NCBI GenBank assembly: GCA_027488865.1
Contig: JAIYAU010000058.1
Location: 2,724-66,723, forward strand
Origin: Cytophagaceae bacterium
GTDB lineage: Bacteria > Bacteroidota > Bacteroidia > Cytophagales > UBA9547
Direction of reading: 5' to 3'
Length of the DNA stretch: 64,000 nucleotides
The position numbers and the translations under genes are program-made. Shown in pieces: positions 31,680-43,884 of the stretch. The number at the start of each line of letters is the position of its first letter. Positions within the stretch are counted from its first letter, which is position 1. Below the pieces are notes generated by a model that had not been told where the DNA came from, did no database searches, and saw only the letters and a program-made list of their open reading frames with translations.

Positions 31680-31749
31680 TTTGAATCTTAAACCCTAAAC
31701 CTTCCACTTTAAACGCTTAACTTTAAACCCTAAATCTTAAACTTTGAAC
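31680..31749. repeat. Ten tandem heptamers (YYTAAAC type) ending 6 nt before the WYL gene ATG
   Basis: tttgaat cttaaac cctaaac cttccac tttaaac gcttaac tttaaac cctaaat cttaaac tttgaac. Confidence 0.8.
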
Positions 31750-31755
31750 TAAAAA

Positions 31756-32748
31756 ATGTCTGCTGGCAAAAATCCTTACTTGAGGTACAACATTATCAAC
31801 CAGTGCCTTACCAGTAAAACAAAACCCTATTGGACCGCTCAGGAACTGATGGACAAGATGGGTGAGTATGATATACAGATAGAACGGCGTAGTTTATTTA
31901 ACGATTTTGAGGCCATGCGGCACGATGAGCGGTTGGGATACCATGCGCCGATCACCTTTTGCCGTAAACAACTGGGCTATTATTACAAAAATTCACACTA
32001 TTCCATCAGTGCTATTCCTATCAACGACGAAGACTTGCGTTCTCTTCGCATGGCCACGAGGCTGCTAGAGCAACACAAGGCCTTGCCGCTATTTGTACAG
32101 TTCAAGGGAGTGATGGATAAGCTGGTGACTTTGGTAAACCACCTCCACCAACCCAACAAGAGCAAATACATCTCTTTTGAAACCGCGCCTTACTACAAAG
32201 GACTGGGACACTTAGAAACCCTAATGACCCATATTGAAGCGGAAGAAGCATTGGAGATCGGATACCAAAAGTTTACGGGGCCCAGTAGTGTGTACATCGT
32301 GCACCCCTATCTCTTAAAAGAGTTTAAAAAACGATGGTACTTGTTTGGCTGGCATGAAGGGCGAGGCATCGTAACGGCATTTGGGCTTGACCGCATCGAG
32401 TACATCAGAAAAGCAGCGGTGACTTATCGCAGCAATGAGTCCATCGATGTAGACACCTATTTTAAAAACACGCTTGGTGTGACCTACAGTGGCCAGGCTG
32501 TGGAAAAAGTGGTGTTAGCATTTAACAGCACAATTGCACCTTACATACGCACCCAACACTTACACGAGAGCCAAACAATCCTGTCAGACGACATAAATGG
32601 CCTAGTCATTTCACTTGAGCTGGCTGTGAACTACGAATTGACTTCGCTTGTGCTTGGCTATGGCAATGCCGTTACTGTATTGGCACCACCCTCTTTAATA
32701 CAGGACATCAAGAAAATTGCTACTGAAATGGCGGGGAAGTATAGCTAA
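31756..32748 (+). CDS. WYL-domain transcriptional regulator (N-terminal wHTH, central WYL domain, C-terminal extension)
   Basis: 330 aa. The sequence VYIVHPYLLKEFKKRWYLFGWHEGRGIVTAFGLDRI is a typical WYL-domain core. The N-terminus NPYLRYNIINQCL...WTAQELMDKMG looks like a wHTH. Confidence 0.75.
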   Translation: MSAGKNPYLRYNIINQCLTSKTKPYWTAQELMDKMGEYDIQIERRSLFNDFEAMRHDERLGYHAPITFCRKQLGYYYKNSHYSISAIPINDEDLRSLRMATRLLEQHKALPLFVQFKGVMDKLVTLVNHLHQPNKSKYISFETAPYYKGLGHLETLMTHIEAEEALEIGYQKFTGPSSVYIVHPYLLKEFKKRWYLFGWHEGRGIVTAFGLDRIEYIRKAAVTYRSNESIDVDTYFKNTLGVTYSGQAVEKVVLAFNSTIAPYIRTQHLHESQTILSDDINGLVISLELAVNYELTSLVLGYGNAVTVLAPPSLIQDIKKIATEMAGKYS

Positions 32749-32827
32749 TTGGGTTGACTGATTAAGAAATTTAAAGCATTGAAAGGTTATAAGGATTCGT
32801 AAAACTTGTAAATATGAAAATGACAAC

Positions 32828-32939
32828 TATTGGAAATGTACAATTATAAGGTTCTCGAAGGACTCTCGGAAGATACTCGGAAGATGCTTGGAAGATGAAA
32901 ATGAAGATAACTGTGGGAAATTATTGGAAAAGTACAATT
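32828..32939. repeat. Five tandem 11-mers (CTCGGAAGATR, 32854-32908) flanked by an 18-nt direct repeat with one mismatch (32828-32845 and 32922-32939)
   Basis: ctcgaaggact ctcggaagata ctcggaagatg cttggaagatg aaaatgaagat; flanks are tattggaaatgtacaatt and tattggaaaagtacaatt. Confidence 0.75.
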
Positions 32940-33220
32940 TACATGGATATTTTGGTTGCGAATTTATGAATGAATAGTTGAATCAAAAAGCAAGTGAAGT
33001 AAAAATATCTTTTGAAATTTAAATTATTTAGGCACGATATAGAACGACCAACGAGCTGTATTTTCGAAATATAAAATTGGGGTATGAAAAAGCGTGCTGC
33101 TAGATCGAAAATGATTGTAACAACAACTAATTTGGGATTTCTATCAAAGTTAGAAAAATAGTTTTTGGTATGGCAACGTTTTCGCACATTTTTGCATCTT
33201 TGTATTGAATAACTAAGATC

Positions 33221-34879
33221 ATGAAAATAAGAATAGCATTTTTAGTTTTGGTTCTATGTCAATCGGTATTTGCCAGCATAACAGGTCGAGCGTACTTAGA
33301 AGGACAAAGCAATCATCAAGGAATAATAGTAATATTTAAAGCCTTTTCTCCTATCGCAGTGAGTGATTCAGTAATCACCCAAGTAGATGGCAGCTTTTCA
33401 GCCAATATAAAACCAGGAGTATATCAAATTTCTTTCAAAAAGCCGGGTTATCAATCAATATTTTACAATAATAATGTTGGCGTTTTAATTGGATCGAACA
33501 ATTTGACCTTAAATGACGCCAACTTGCCAAAAGGAGTTACAATTATTGTATCAGGCGATATTTTTGGCGTTTGGGAAAGCAATAATATATATCTAATTCA
33601 AGATACTGTTTTTATACCTGCAAACAAAACCTTGGTTATTTCACCAAATACGGTAATCAAGTTTGACACATTAGGAACTTTAATTGTATACGGCAACCTT
33701 ATTTCAATGGGTAAATTGAACGAACCTATAATTTATACATCTTCTAAACAAAATGTTGGTCGTGATTATTGGAATTCGATTAAGTTTAGGAACGAAGTTA
33801 GGAATAGCAAATTTGAATATTCAATTTTTGAAAATTGTAAAAACTGTATAGATAGCTTAAATGGCGAAGGTTACCCTTATATTATTACAGAAAATAGTTC
33901 TTTTGTAAGAAACTGTGAGTTTAGAAAATTTACATCAGGAATAGGTTGTGGAAACAATATTTTAATTGAAAAGAATCTTTTTTATGATTTTACAGAAACT
34001 GCAATCAATTCAGGTCAATTTTTTAATCCTTATGATGGATTAATAAAATGTAACAAAATTTATAATGGTGGCAAAATAGCAATTGTACTTGGTAGATCTG
34101 TAACAGTTAAAGGCAATGAAATCGAAGGCAATTCATTTTCTAAAGTCGGTATTACTTACTTAGTAACATCTACCCATACTATAACAAATAATTTCATCTC
34201 TGGTTTTCAAGAAGGAATAAGCCCTGATGAAGGAAGAGATCCTTATGGGTTTATAAATGGACTTTTGACAGTCTCTAACAATAAAATTCAAAATTGTAAA
34301 AATGGCATAACTATTATTCCTGGTGCTTTTACCAAGATAGAGAACAATTTTTTAACAAACAACATGAAAGCTGCTTTATTTAAAAACATTAATAATTGCC
34401 AAACTTACTGTGGTGCTGACAAATTGACTATCTCTAACAACATATTAACCAAAAATACTTCTAACGACATAACCATAAATGAACAAATTGGGCTATTTGT
34501 GCCAATTACAAAAAATTCCGATGGCTATGATATTGATTCTTATAACAACCTTATCGAGTATCCTAATGATACCCATCCTAGCATAGGTTATATTAAAAAC
34601 TGTACGTTTCTAAATGAGGTTACAACTAGTGAGAGAGATTCACAACTTGAAGATGAAAAAGTGAGCTTCTATCCCAATCCCGCCCATGATTTTTTAACAA
34701 TAAAATCAACTGCTGAAATTGAAACGATCAGTATTTGGGACAACTATGGTAAAAAAATACTTATAACTATGATTCTGGATAAGATTGAAACGTTACACCT
34801 AAAGACTGGGATTTATCATGTCTCTTTAGACCTCAAAAACGGGAAGACAACCAGTTTTACTTTTGTAAAAACAGAATAA
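33221..34879 (+). CDS. T9SS-secreted protein: signal peptide, carboxypeptidase-regulatory-like domain, right-handed beta-helix (PbH1/NosD-like) repeats, Por C-terminal sorting domain
   Basis: MKIRIAFLVLVLCQSVFA signal peptide; VDGSFSANIKPGVYQISFKKPGYQS; repeated N-x-I-x-N/G-I motifs; C-terminus VSFYPNPAHDFLTIK...GIYHVSL...FVK. Confidence 0.75.
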   Translation: MKIRIAFLVLVLCQSVFASITGRAYLEGQSNHQGIIVIFKAFSPIAVSDSVITQVDGSFSANIKPGVYQISFKKPGYQSIFYNNNVGVLIGSNNLTLNDANLPKGVTIIVSGDIFGVWESNNIYLIQDTVFIPANKTLVISPNTVIKFDTLGTLIVYGNLISMGKLNEPIIYTSSKQNVGRDYWNSIKFRNEVRNSKFEYSIFENCKNCIDSLNGEGYPYIITENSSFVRNCEFRKFTSGIGCGNNILIEKNLFYDFTETAINSGQFFNPYDGLIKCNKIYNGGKIAIVLGRSVTVKGNEIEGNSFSKVGITYLVTSTHTITNNFISGFQEGISPDEGRDPYGFINGLLTVSNNKIQNCKNGITIIPGAFTKIENNFLTNNMKAALFKNINNCQTYCGADKLTISNNILTKNTSNDITINEQIGLFVPITKNSDGYDIDSYNNLIEYPNDTHPSIGYIKNCTFLNEVTTSERDSQLEDEKVSFYPNPAHDFLTIKSTAEIETISIWDNYGKKILITMILDKIETLHLKTGIYHVSLDLKNGKTTSFTFVKTE

Positions 34880-35075
34880 TGCAATGAATGTTGGCTTAAA
34901 ATGGACATGATGCAAGAATATTATGTTGCAAGCGATATTAAAATTTTAACACGTAATAATGTATTTAAATATGGAAATCAAATTAGTTATAAATAGATTT
35001 TTTTGGCTTTAAACAAACAGATCTATAAACTAGTAAATGGTGAAGTGGTAACTGAGAGAAGTGAGTTTTAATATC

Positions 35076-35120
35076 CTCAAAAAAACAAATCCCCAAGGCT
35101 AAACTTTAACCTTGAGGATT
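35076..35120 (-). terminator. Rho-independent terminator of pgk
   Basis: Arms AAATCCCCAAGG (35087-35098) and CCTTGAGGATT (35110-35120) with one mismatch. On the minus strand the hairpin is followed by a T-rich tail (tttgtttttttgagg). Confidence 0.65.
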
Positions 35121-35180
35121 ATTAAATGGTTCATCTATAAATTCGTAAATAGACAAAACCCTATAGCGATACAACTTAAA

Positions 35181-36368
35181 TTAAGATTCCAAAGCCGCTA
35201 CCCCAGGCAATATTTTACCCTCCATATATTCTAACAAAGCACCTCCACCTGTAGAAACATAAGAAACGTCATCGCCATAACCAAGGTTATTAATAGCTGA
35301 TGCAGAGTCTCCGCCACCGATCAATGAAAAACCACCTTTTTTAGTAGCACTTACAACTGCTTTTGCTATGGCTTCTGTACCGACAGCAAAAGTCGGAAAT
35401 TCAAATACACCCATCGGACCATTCCACAATACTGTTTTAGAATTCTCAACTATATCTGCAAAAACCTTGACACTATCAGGCCCTATATCTAAACCTTCCC
35501 AACCATCAGGAATCTCTCCACTTTTTACAACTTGCGTATTTGCATCATTTTTAAATCCGTCCGCAATTACGTTATCACTCGGGAAATAAAGCTTAACACC
35601 TTTTGCCTCAGCTTTTTTAAGTAGTTCTAACGCCAATTCCATTTTATCATCTTCATGAATAGATTTGCCTATTTTACCTCCTTGTGCTTTTACAAAAGTA
35701 TAGGTCATTCCTCCTCCAATAATCAAATTATCAACTTTGTCCAACAACTTTTCAATAATTAAAATCTTATCCGATATTTTTGAACCTCCCATGATTGCTG
35801 TAAATGGTCTTTCGGCATGTTCTAATACCTTTTTGGCATTTACTAACTCAGCTTGCATTACATATCCACAAACCTTGTCTTTAAAAAACTTAGCAACTAT
35901 GGTAGTAGACGCATGAGCCCTATGTGCAGTACCAAATGCATCATTTACATATACATCACCGTGTTTGGATAATTTTTCAGCAAATGCCTCGTCACCTTTT
36001 TCCTCTTCTTTATAAAATCTTAAATTTTCTAAAAGTAAAATTTCTCCAGGTTTTAAAGTCGAAGATAGTTTGTAAGATTCCTCTCCAATACAATCGTCAG
36101 CAAATTTTACAGTAACGCCAAACACCTCCGATAATCTTTTTACTAAGTGTTTTAAAGAAGACTTATCTTCAGGACCTGATTTTGGTCTACCTAAATGTGA
36201 CATCAAAACTACAGAACCTCCATCTTTCAAAATCTTAGATATGGTTGGTACGGTAGCCTTTATTCTTGTTTCATCAGTAATTTCAAATTTGTCGTTTAAA
36301 GGCACATTAAAATCTACACGAATCAAAGCTCTTTTGCCTGCAAAATTGTAGTTGTCGATAGTAATCAT
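35181..36368 (-). CDS. pgk: Phosphoglycerate kinase
   Basis: 395 aa; [21 protein letters not shown]-like motif, GGGDS; full-length match to the family. Confidence 0.95.
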   Translation of the reverse strand: MITIDNYNFAGKRALIRVDFNVPLNDKFEITDETRIKATVPTISKILKDGGSVVLMSHLGRPKSGPEDKSSLKHLVKRLSEVFGVTVKFADDCIGEESYKLSSTLKPGEILLLENLRFYKEEEKGDEAFAEKLSKHGDVYVNDAFGTAHRAHASTTIVAKFFKDKVCGYVMQAELVNAKKVLEHAERPFTAIMGGSKISDKILIIEKLLDKVDNLIIGGGMTYTFVKAQGGKIGKSIHEDDKMELALELLKKAEAKGVKLYFPSDNVIADGFKNDANTQVVKSGEIPDGWEGLDIGPDSVKVFADIVENSKTVLWNGPMGVFEFPTFAVGTEAIAKAVVSATKKGGFSLIGGGDSASAINNLGYGDDVSYVSTGGGALLEYMEGKILPGVAALES

Positions 36369-36425
36369 AAAAGTTAAAATAGTTAAAATAATAAAAACAT
36401 GTTCAATCTTAATTGCTTAGTGCAA

Positions 36426-37961
36426 TCATTTAGGAGATTTTATCAAAATATCATTGATGATGTAATAATTTGTTTTATCCTGAGCAACAGGAGTTTTATA
36501 GTTCATCGTTTCTATAATTTCACCTTGAGATTTAATAATCATTTCATATTCTTTGTTGATTAATAAAACAACGTCGTAGGTATTTTCACCTGCACTTATG
36601 ATATTTCTATCTTGAATATTTTTACTTTTTTTGTCAACAAAAGCTACTTCAATATCACTTATAGGCTTATTAGAACCAATTTCATTAACCTTTCCTCTTA
36701 CCCTTACATTTTTACTGTTTTCTAGATTTATTACTTCATAAAGATCTTTTTCACCAAAACCACCTGGTCTGTACGACGCAAATACACCTTTGTCTATATT
36801 GGAAGAAGTAAAATAAAAATAAATATCATCTCCAGGGGTATTTAAAGGTACTCCTAAATTAACTGGTTCTTTCCATTCGTTTTTTATTGAATCAAATTCA
36901 CTTTTAAAAATATCAAAACCACCTATAGTATTATGTCCATTTGAACTGAAATAAAGTGTTTTACCATCAGGAGTTACAAAAGGACACACCTCATCATCAG
37001 TTGTATTAACTTTACCATTTAATTTTTTAAATGCCTCCCACACCCCTCCTTTATTAGATTTTGACATGTACAAATCATGGGTACCATTATTATTCTCATC
37101 TGCAGAACTAATTATTATTGATTTACCATTATTTGTTAAAAAGGCATCAATTTCCTCTTGAGTACCATTATCTTTTCTGATTCTACTAGGAGTACCCACA
37201 CTATTATTAGTAAAAGTGGAAACATAAATGCCTGATTTAGTAGTTTGCTTAAAAAATATCAACTTTGAATCTTTTTCTACCAGTTGAATGGGAGCCTTAT
37301 CGCCTACGCCCATGGCAGTCACCTTTTGAGGTACACTCCATGCACCTAAAGAATCCTTATAAGTTACATATATATCTTCTGGTTGATCTGCACTTGTATT
37401 TCTACTCTTTTTGTTATCCATTCTAGCTGCTGCAAAAAGTAACATTTTACCATTTTGAGATAAGACTGGACTATGCTCACTCCCATCAGTATTAATAATA
37501 TTACCTAAATTTTTAATCACTATATTGTGTGATTGCCTCATCAGCTCTCTACCTAATGCACACTCCTCAACCATTTTAGATATGGTTGATTGTATTTCTT
37601 CATTATTTTCATTTCTTGAACCATACGATCTGTAATGTCTCTCAGCGTCGTCAAATAAATAATTATTGTGTTCGGCCTGAGCTAGTTCAAACAATATATC
37701 TGGACTAATGGTGGATTTCTTTTTATATATGGCCTTAAGAAATTTTAAAGCCTTATCATGCCGATAATTGTAGAGATAACAAAGCGCCAACTTATACTTT
37801 ATATCTATGTTGGTAGTATCAGCTAAATATAATTTTTCATAAATAGGGGTAGCTTCTTTAAAATCACCTGTTTCAAACAGTTGTTTAGCTTGATTAATAG
37901 TTTGAATTTGACAAAAACATGCGGTAATAGAAACCAAAAATAGAAAAACCAGCTTTTTCAT
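36426..37961 (-). CDS. Secreted TPR plus PD40/TolB-like beta-propeller repeat protein (no OmpA domain)
   Basis: Signal peptide, TPR-like N-terminus, and repeated PD40-type motifs (SPDGKTLYFSSN-like, e.g. TPDGKTLYFSSNGHNTIGGFDIF). It resembles the N-terminal part of 61820..63697. Confidence 0.6.
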   Translation of the reverse strand: MKKLVFLFLVSITACFCQIQTINQAKQLFETGDFKEATPIYEKLYLADTTNIDIKYKLALCYLYNYRHDKALKFLKAIYKKKSTISPDILFELAQAEHNNYLFDDAERHYRSYGSRNENNEEIQSTISKMVEECALGRELMRQSHNIVIKNLGNIINTDGSEHSPVLSQNGKMLLFAAARMDNKKSRNTSADQPEDIYVTYKDSLGAWSVPQKVTAMGVGDKAPIQLVEKDSKLIFFKQTTKSGIYVSTFTNNSVGTPSRIRKDNGTQEEIDAFLTNNGKSIIISSADENNNGTHDLYMSKSNKGGVWEAFKKLNGKVNTTDDEVCPFVTPDGKTLYFSSNGHNTIGGFDIFKSEFDSIKNEWKEPVNLGVPLNTPGDDIYFYFTSSNIDKGVFASYRPGGFGEKDLYEVINLENSKNVRVRGKVNEIGSNKPISDIEVAFVDKKSKNIQDRNIISAGENTYDVVLLINKEYEMIIKSQGEIIETMNYKTPVAQDKTNYYIINDILIKSPK

Positions 37962-38246
37962 AAAAAGGCTATACTTTGTTTTTTACTTATTTTAAAAACG
38001 TGGTAAATGGGTCATGAAATTAGGAAATATTTTGGAACTTTGCTATTCTCCAATAAAAAGTTTAAGATTTAATTAATTTTTAAAAATATCAAAGTTTAGC
38101 TATTCCTACGGCTAAAACCAAATAAAGATTTGCAAGATTGCTTTAAGTAAAACAATTCTTGGAACAACCACTGGATAAAATTAAAGAGCTCCAATTGGTT
38201 AGGATCTAAACAACAACAAACAAAATTAAAAATTATTTTATAACAT

Positions 38247-38276
38247 TTGTTTTTTAATTGATTTTCTCTAAATTTG
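38247..38276 (+). promoter_or_regulatory. Bacteroidota-type promoter for the rpsL operon (TTG-N19-TAAATTTG)
   Basis: TTG at 38247-38249 and TAAATTTG at 38269-38276, 40 nt upstream of the rpsL ATG. Confidence 0.5.
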
Positions 38277-38315
38277 CAGTCCCAAAAATAAGAGTGCTTT
38301 AAACAAAAAACATAA

Positions 38316-38735
38316 ATGCCTACTATACAGCAATTAGTAAAAAAAGGTAGAGAGAAATTAACCTTCAAATCAAAGTCTCCAGCGTTGGACTCTTGTCCAC
38401 AAAGGAGAGGTGTTTGTACACGTGTTTACACTACTACACCTAAAAAACCAAATTCTGCCCTTAGAAAGGTAGCTAGGGTGAGACTTACCAACAGCAAAGA
38501 AGTAAACGCATATATTCCAGGCGAAGGACATAATTTACAAGAACACTCTATAGTGTTGATTCGTGGCGGAAGGGTAAAAGATCTACCTGGAGTACGTTAT
38601 CACATTGTACGTGGTGCATTAGATACAGCAGGTGTGAACGGAAGAAAACAAAGTCGTTCTAAATACGGTGCAAAAAGACCTAAACCAGGCCAGCCAGCAG
38701 CACCAGCAGCTAAAGGTAAAGGTGGTAAAAAATAA
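38316..38735 (+). CDS. rpsL: 30S ribosomal protein S12
   Basis: [13 protein letters not shown]...; universally conserved sequence. Confidence 0.97.
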   Translation: MPTIQQLVKKGREKLTFKSKSPALDSCPQRRGVCTRVYTTTPKKPNSALRKVARVRLTNSKEVNAYIPGEGHNLQEHSIVLIRGGRVKDLPGVRYHIVRGALDTAGVNGRKQSRSKYGAKRPKPGQPAAPAAKGKGGKK

Positions 38736-38754
38736 TTAGAAAAATAAAAGGTAC

Positions 38755-39222
38755 ATGAGAAAGTCAAAACCTAAAAAAAGATACGTTCTTCCAGATCCAA
38801 AGTTTAAGGATGTATTAGTGACAAAATTTGTTAATAGTTTAATGTATGATGGTAAAAAAAGTACCGCATACGACATATTTTATGGTGCTATTGAAATAGT
38901 AGAAAAGAAAACCAGTGAAAATGGTTTGGAAATATGGAAAAAAGGGCTTAGCAACGTAATGCCTGCTGTGGAAGTTAAAAGTCGCAGGGTAGGTGGTGCT
39001 AACTTTCAAGTACCAACAGAAGTAAGACCAGAAAGAAAACAAGCTCTAGGCATTAAGTGGTTAATTCAATACGCAAGAAACCGTGGTGAAAAAACCATGA
39101 CTGAAAAATTGGCTAACGAAATACTAGCAGCATCCAAAGGTGAAGGAGCAGCAGTAAAGAAAAGAGACGATACACACAGGATGGCCGAAGCAAATAAAGC
39201 ATTCTCGCACTTTAAATTCTAA
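38755..39222 (+). CDS. rpsG: 30S ribosomal protein S7
   Basis: 155 aa; conserved S7 sequence; position between rpsL and fusA. Confidence 0.97.
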   Translation: MRKSKPKKRYVLPDPKFKDVLVTKFVNSLMYDGKKSTAYDIFYGAIEIVEKKTSENGLEIWKKGLSNVMPAVEVKSRRVGGANFQVPTEVRPERKQALGIKWLIQYARNRGEKTMTEKLANEILAASKGEGAAVKKRDDTHRMAEANKAFSHFKF

Positions 39223-39236
39223 TTCAATATTTTTTT

Positions 39237-41339
39237 ATGGCACGTGACCTCAAATATACAAGAAACATCGGTATTGCAGCACATATAGATGCTGGTAAAA
39301 CGACCACCACTGAGCGTATATTATATTATGCTGGTGTAAGTCATAAAATTGGAGAGGTACATGACGGTGCAGCCACCATGGACTGGATGGCTCAAGAGCA
39401 AGAAAGAGGTATTACTATTACATCTGCTGCTACCACAGTAGGTTGGAAATACAAAAATGAGAACTACCACGTAAACATTATTGACACTCCTGGTCACGTT
39501 GATTTTACAGTGGAAGTAAACCGTTCATTACGTGTATTGGATGGTTTAGTATTTTTATTTAGTGCAGTTGATGGTGTTGAACCTCAATCAGAAACTAACT
39601 GGAGACTTGCTAACAATTATAATGTAGCTCGTGTAGGATTTGTTAATAAAATGGACCGCTCTGGTGCAGACTTCTTAAACGTGTGCAAGCAAGTTAAAGA
39701 AATGTTAGGTAGCCATGCAGTTCCTTTACAAATACCAATTGGTGCTGAAGATCAATTTAAAGGTGTTGTAGATTTAGTAAACTGGAGAGGAATCATCTGG
39801 AATGAACATGACAAGGGTATGACTTTTCAAGAAGTTCCAATACCTGAGGATGTAATGGAAGATGCTCTTAAATATAGAGAGTTATTGTTGGAGGCTGTAG
39901 CCGAGTACGATGACAAACTTATGGAGAAATTCTTCGAAGATCCTAACTCAATCACAGAAGAAGAAATGTTAACCGCTTTAAGAAAAGCAACAATCGATAT
40001 GAAGATTGTACCTATGCTTTGCGGTTCTTCATTTAAAAATAAAGGTGTACAAACAATGTTAGATTATGTAATGGCGATTTTACCATCTCCATTAGATAAA
40101 AAGAGCATTATTGGTACAGACCCTGATACAGGTGCTGAAATAGAGAGAAAGCCATCAGAATCCGAACCATTCTGTGGATTAGCATTTAAGATTGCAACAG
40201 ATCCATTTGTAGGTCGTTTGTGCTTTGTAAGAGCTTATTCTGGTGTTTTAGAATCAGGTTCATATGTATATAACGCTAGATCTAATTCAAAAGAAAGGAT
40301 TTCGCGTATATTCCAAATGCATGCGAACAAACAAAATCAAATTGAACGTTTAGCAGCTGGTGATATTGGTGCAGTAGTTGGTTTCAAAGACATTAAAACT
40401 GGTGACACGCTGTGCGACGAAAAAAATAGAATAGTGCTTGAATCAATGGTATTCCCTGATCCAGTAATTGGATATGCAGTGGAGCCTAAGAAACAAGCTG
40501 ACGTTGATAAATTTTCTACTGCAATTACTAAATTGATTGAAGAAGATCCAACATTAAAAGTTGAAACTGATCACGAGACTGGACAAACAGTATTGAGAGG
40601 TATGGGTGAGCTCCACCTTGAAATCATCATTGATCGTATGAAGCGTGAATTTGGTGTAGAAATAAATCAAGGCGCTCCTCAAGTAGCTTATAGAGAGAAG
40701 ATTACCAAGAAATTTGAACATAGAGAAGTTTATAAAAAACAAACTGGTGGTCGTGGTAAATTTGCGGACATCGTGTTTGAAATGGGACCAAGAGAAGCAG
40801 AAGGAACTGGTCTTGAATTTGTAAATGAAATTGTAGGTGGTGTTATTCCTAGAGAATTTATCCAACCAGTTCAAAAAGGTTTTGAAGAGGCAATGAAGAA
40901 TGGTGTATTGGCTGGTTATCCAGTTGAATCGCTTAGAGTTAGACTTTTCCACGGTTCGTATCACGATGTGGATTCTGACTCACTTTCTTTCGAACTTGCA
41001 GCAAGACAAGGTTATAAAGAAGCAGCAAGAAATGCGGGTCCAGTATTGTTGGAACCAATTATGAATGTTGAGGTAGTAACCCCTGAAGAATATACAGGTC
41101 CAATTACTGGTGACTTGAATAGAAGAAGAGGGTTAATGAAAGGGATGGATGCCAAAATCAACGGACAAGTGATTAAAGCTGATGTACCACTTTCGGAATT
41201 GTTTGGATATGTAACCGATTTGAGAACAATGTCTTCAGGAAGAGCAACTGCTTCTTTAACGTTCTCTCATTACGAGCAAGTTCCAAATAACTTAGCTGAA
41301 TCAGTAGTAGCAAAAGTAAAAGGAGCCGTAAAGGCATAA
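39237..41339 (+). CDS. fusA: Elongation factor G
   Basis: 700 aa; [24 protein letters not shown] GTPase motifs. Confidence 0.97.
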   Translation: MARDLKYTRNIGIAAHIDAGKTTTTERILYYAGVSHKIGEVHDGAATMDWMAQEQERGITITSAATTVGWKYKNENYHVNIIDTPGHVDFTVEVNRSLRVLDGLVFLFSAVDGVEPQSETNWRLANNYNVARVGFVNKMDRSGADFLNVCKQVKEMLGSHAVPLQIPIGAEDQFKGVVDLVNWRGIIWNEHDKGMTFQEVPIPEDVMEDALKYRELLLEAVAEYDDKLMEKFFEDPNSITEEEMLTALRKATIDMKIVPMLCGSSFKNKGVQTMLDYVMAILPSPLDKKSIIGTDPDTGAEIERKPSESEPFCGLAFKIATDPFVGRLCFVRAYSGVLESGSYVYNARSNSKERISRIFQMHANKQNQIERLAAGDIGAVVGFKDIKTGDTLCDEKNRIVLESMVFPDPVIGYAVEPKKQADVDKFSTAITKLIEEDPTLKVETDHETGQTVLRGMGELHLEIIIDRMKREFGVEINQGAPQVAYREKITKKFEHREVYKKQTGGRGKFADIVFEMGPREAEGTGLEFVNEIVGGVIPREFIQPVQKGFEEAMKNGVLAGYPVESLRVRLFHGSYHDVDSDSLSFELAARQGYKEAARNAGPVLLEPIMNVEVVTPEEYTGPITGDLNRRRGLMKGMDAKINGQVIKADVPLSELFGYVTDLRTMSSGRATASLTFSHYEQVPNNLAESVVAKVKGAVKA

Positions 41340-41353
41340 TATAAAAGGGAAAA

Positions 41354-41659
41354 ATGAATCAAAAGATTAGAATTAAACTTAAGTCATACGATCACAACTT
41401 GGTAGATAAGTCTTCTGAGAAAATTGTAAGGGCTGTAAAAGCTACAGGTGCTATTGTTAACGGACCAATCCCGTTACCAACAGAGAAGGAGATTTACACT
41501 GTATTACGTTCTCCACATGTTAACAAAAAAGCACGTGAGCAGTTTCAACTTTGTACTTATAAAAGACTAGTGGATATATACTCTACATCAGCTAAGACTG
41601 TTGATGCGCTTATGAAACTAGAACTTCCAAGCGGAGTAGATGTTGAAATTAAAGTTTGA
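41354..41659 (+). CDS. rpsJ: 30S ribosomal protein S10
   Basis: 101 aa; [14 protein letters not shown]...; conserved S10 sequence. Confidence 0.97.
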   Translation: MNQKIRIKLKSYDHNLVDKSSEKIVRAVKATGAIVNGPIPLPTEKEIYTVLRSPHVNKKAREQFQLCTYKRLVDIYSTSAKTVDALMKLELPSGVDVEIKV

Positions 41660-41688
41660 TTAAAAATTTTTAGGTTAAATTATCTTAA

Positions 41689-41721
41689 AAGGCTTCCAAT
41701 TTTTGGTAGCCTTTTTTGTTT
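41689..41721 (+). terminator. Rho-independent terminator after rpsJ
   Basis: AAGGCTTCCA-atttt-TGGTAGCCTT (one mismatch) followed by TTTTGTTT. Confidence 0.7.
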
Positions 41722-41813
41722 ATTTCTGTAGAAAGTAACTAAATCCCTTCATTTCTTATTAACCTGTTCTTTATATTAAAAGAAACAACGACACCATTAA
41801 ATAAAATAATTAA

Positions 41814-43880
<2,067 letters not shown>

Positions 43881-43884
43881 TACA

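Noticed and set aside
22150-32800. Classifying the GC-rich island as a mobile genetic element
   Set aside because: No integrase, transposase, conjugation gene, tRNA target or clear terminal repeats of the island as a whole are visible. I report it only as a compositional anomaly.
32939-33187. 82-aa minus-strand ORF in the spacer before the 552-aa gene
   Set aside because: It is an AT-rich spacer ORF with no recognisable features. It begins inside the 18-nt direct repeat and is most likely non-coding.
38096-38368. 90-aa minus-strand ORF overlapping the rpsL start
   Set aside because: It lies in the AT-rich rpsL promoter/leader region, overlaps a certain gene, and has low-complexity Phe/Cys/Asn-rich composition.
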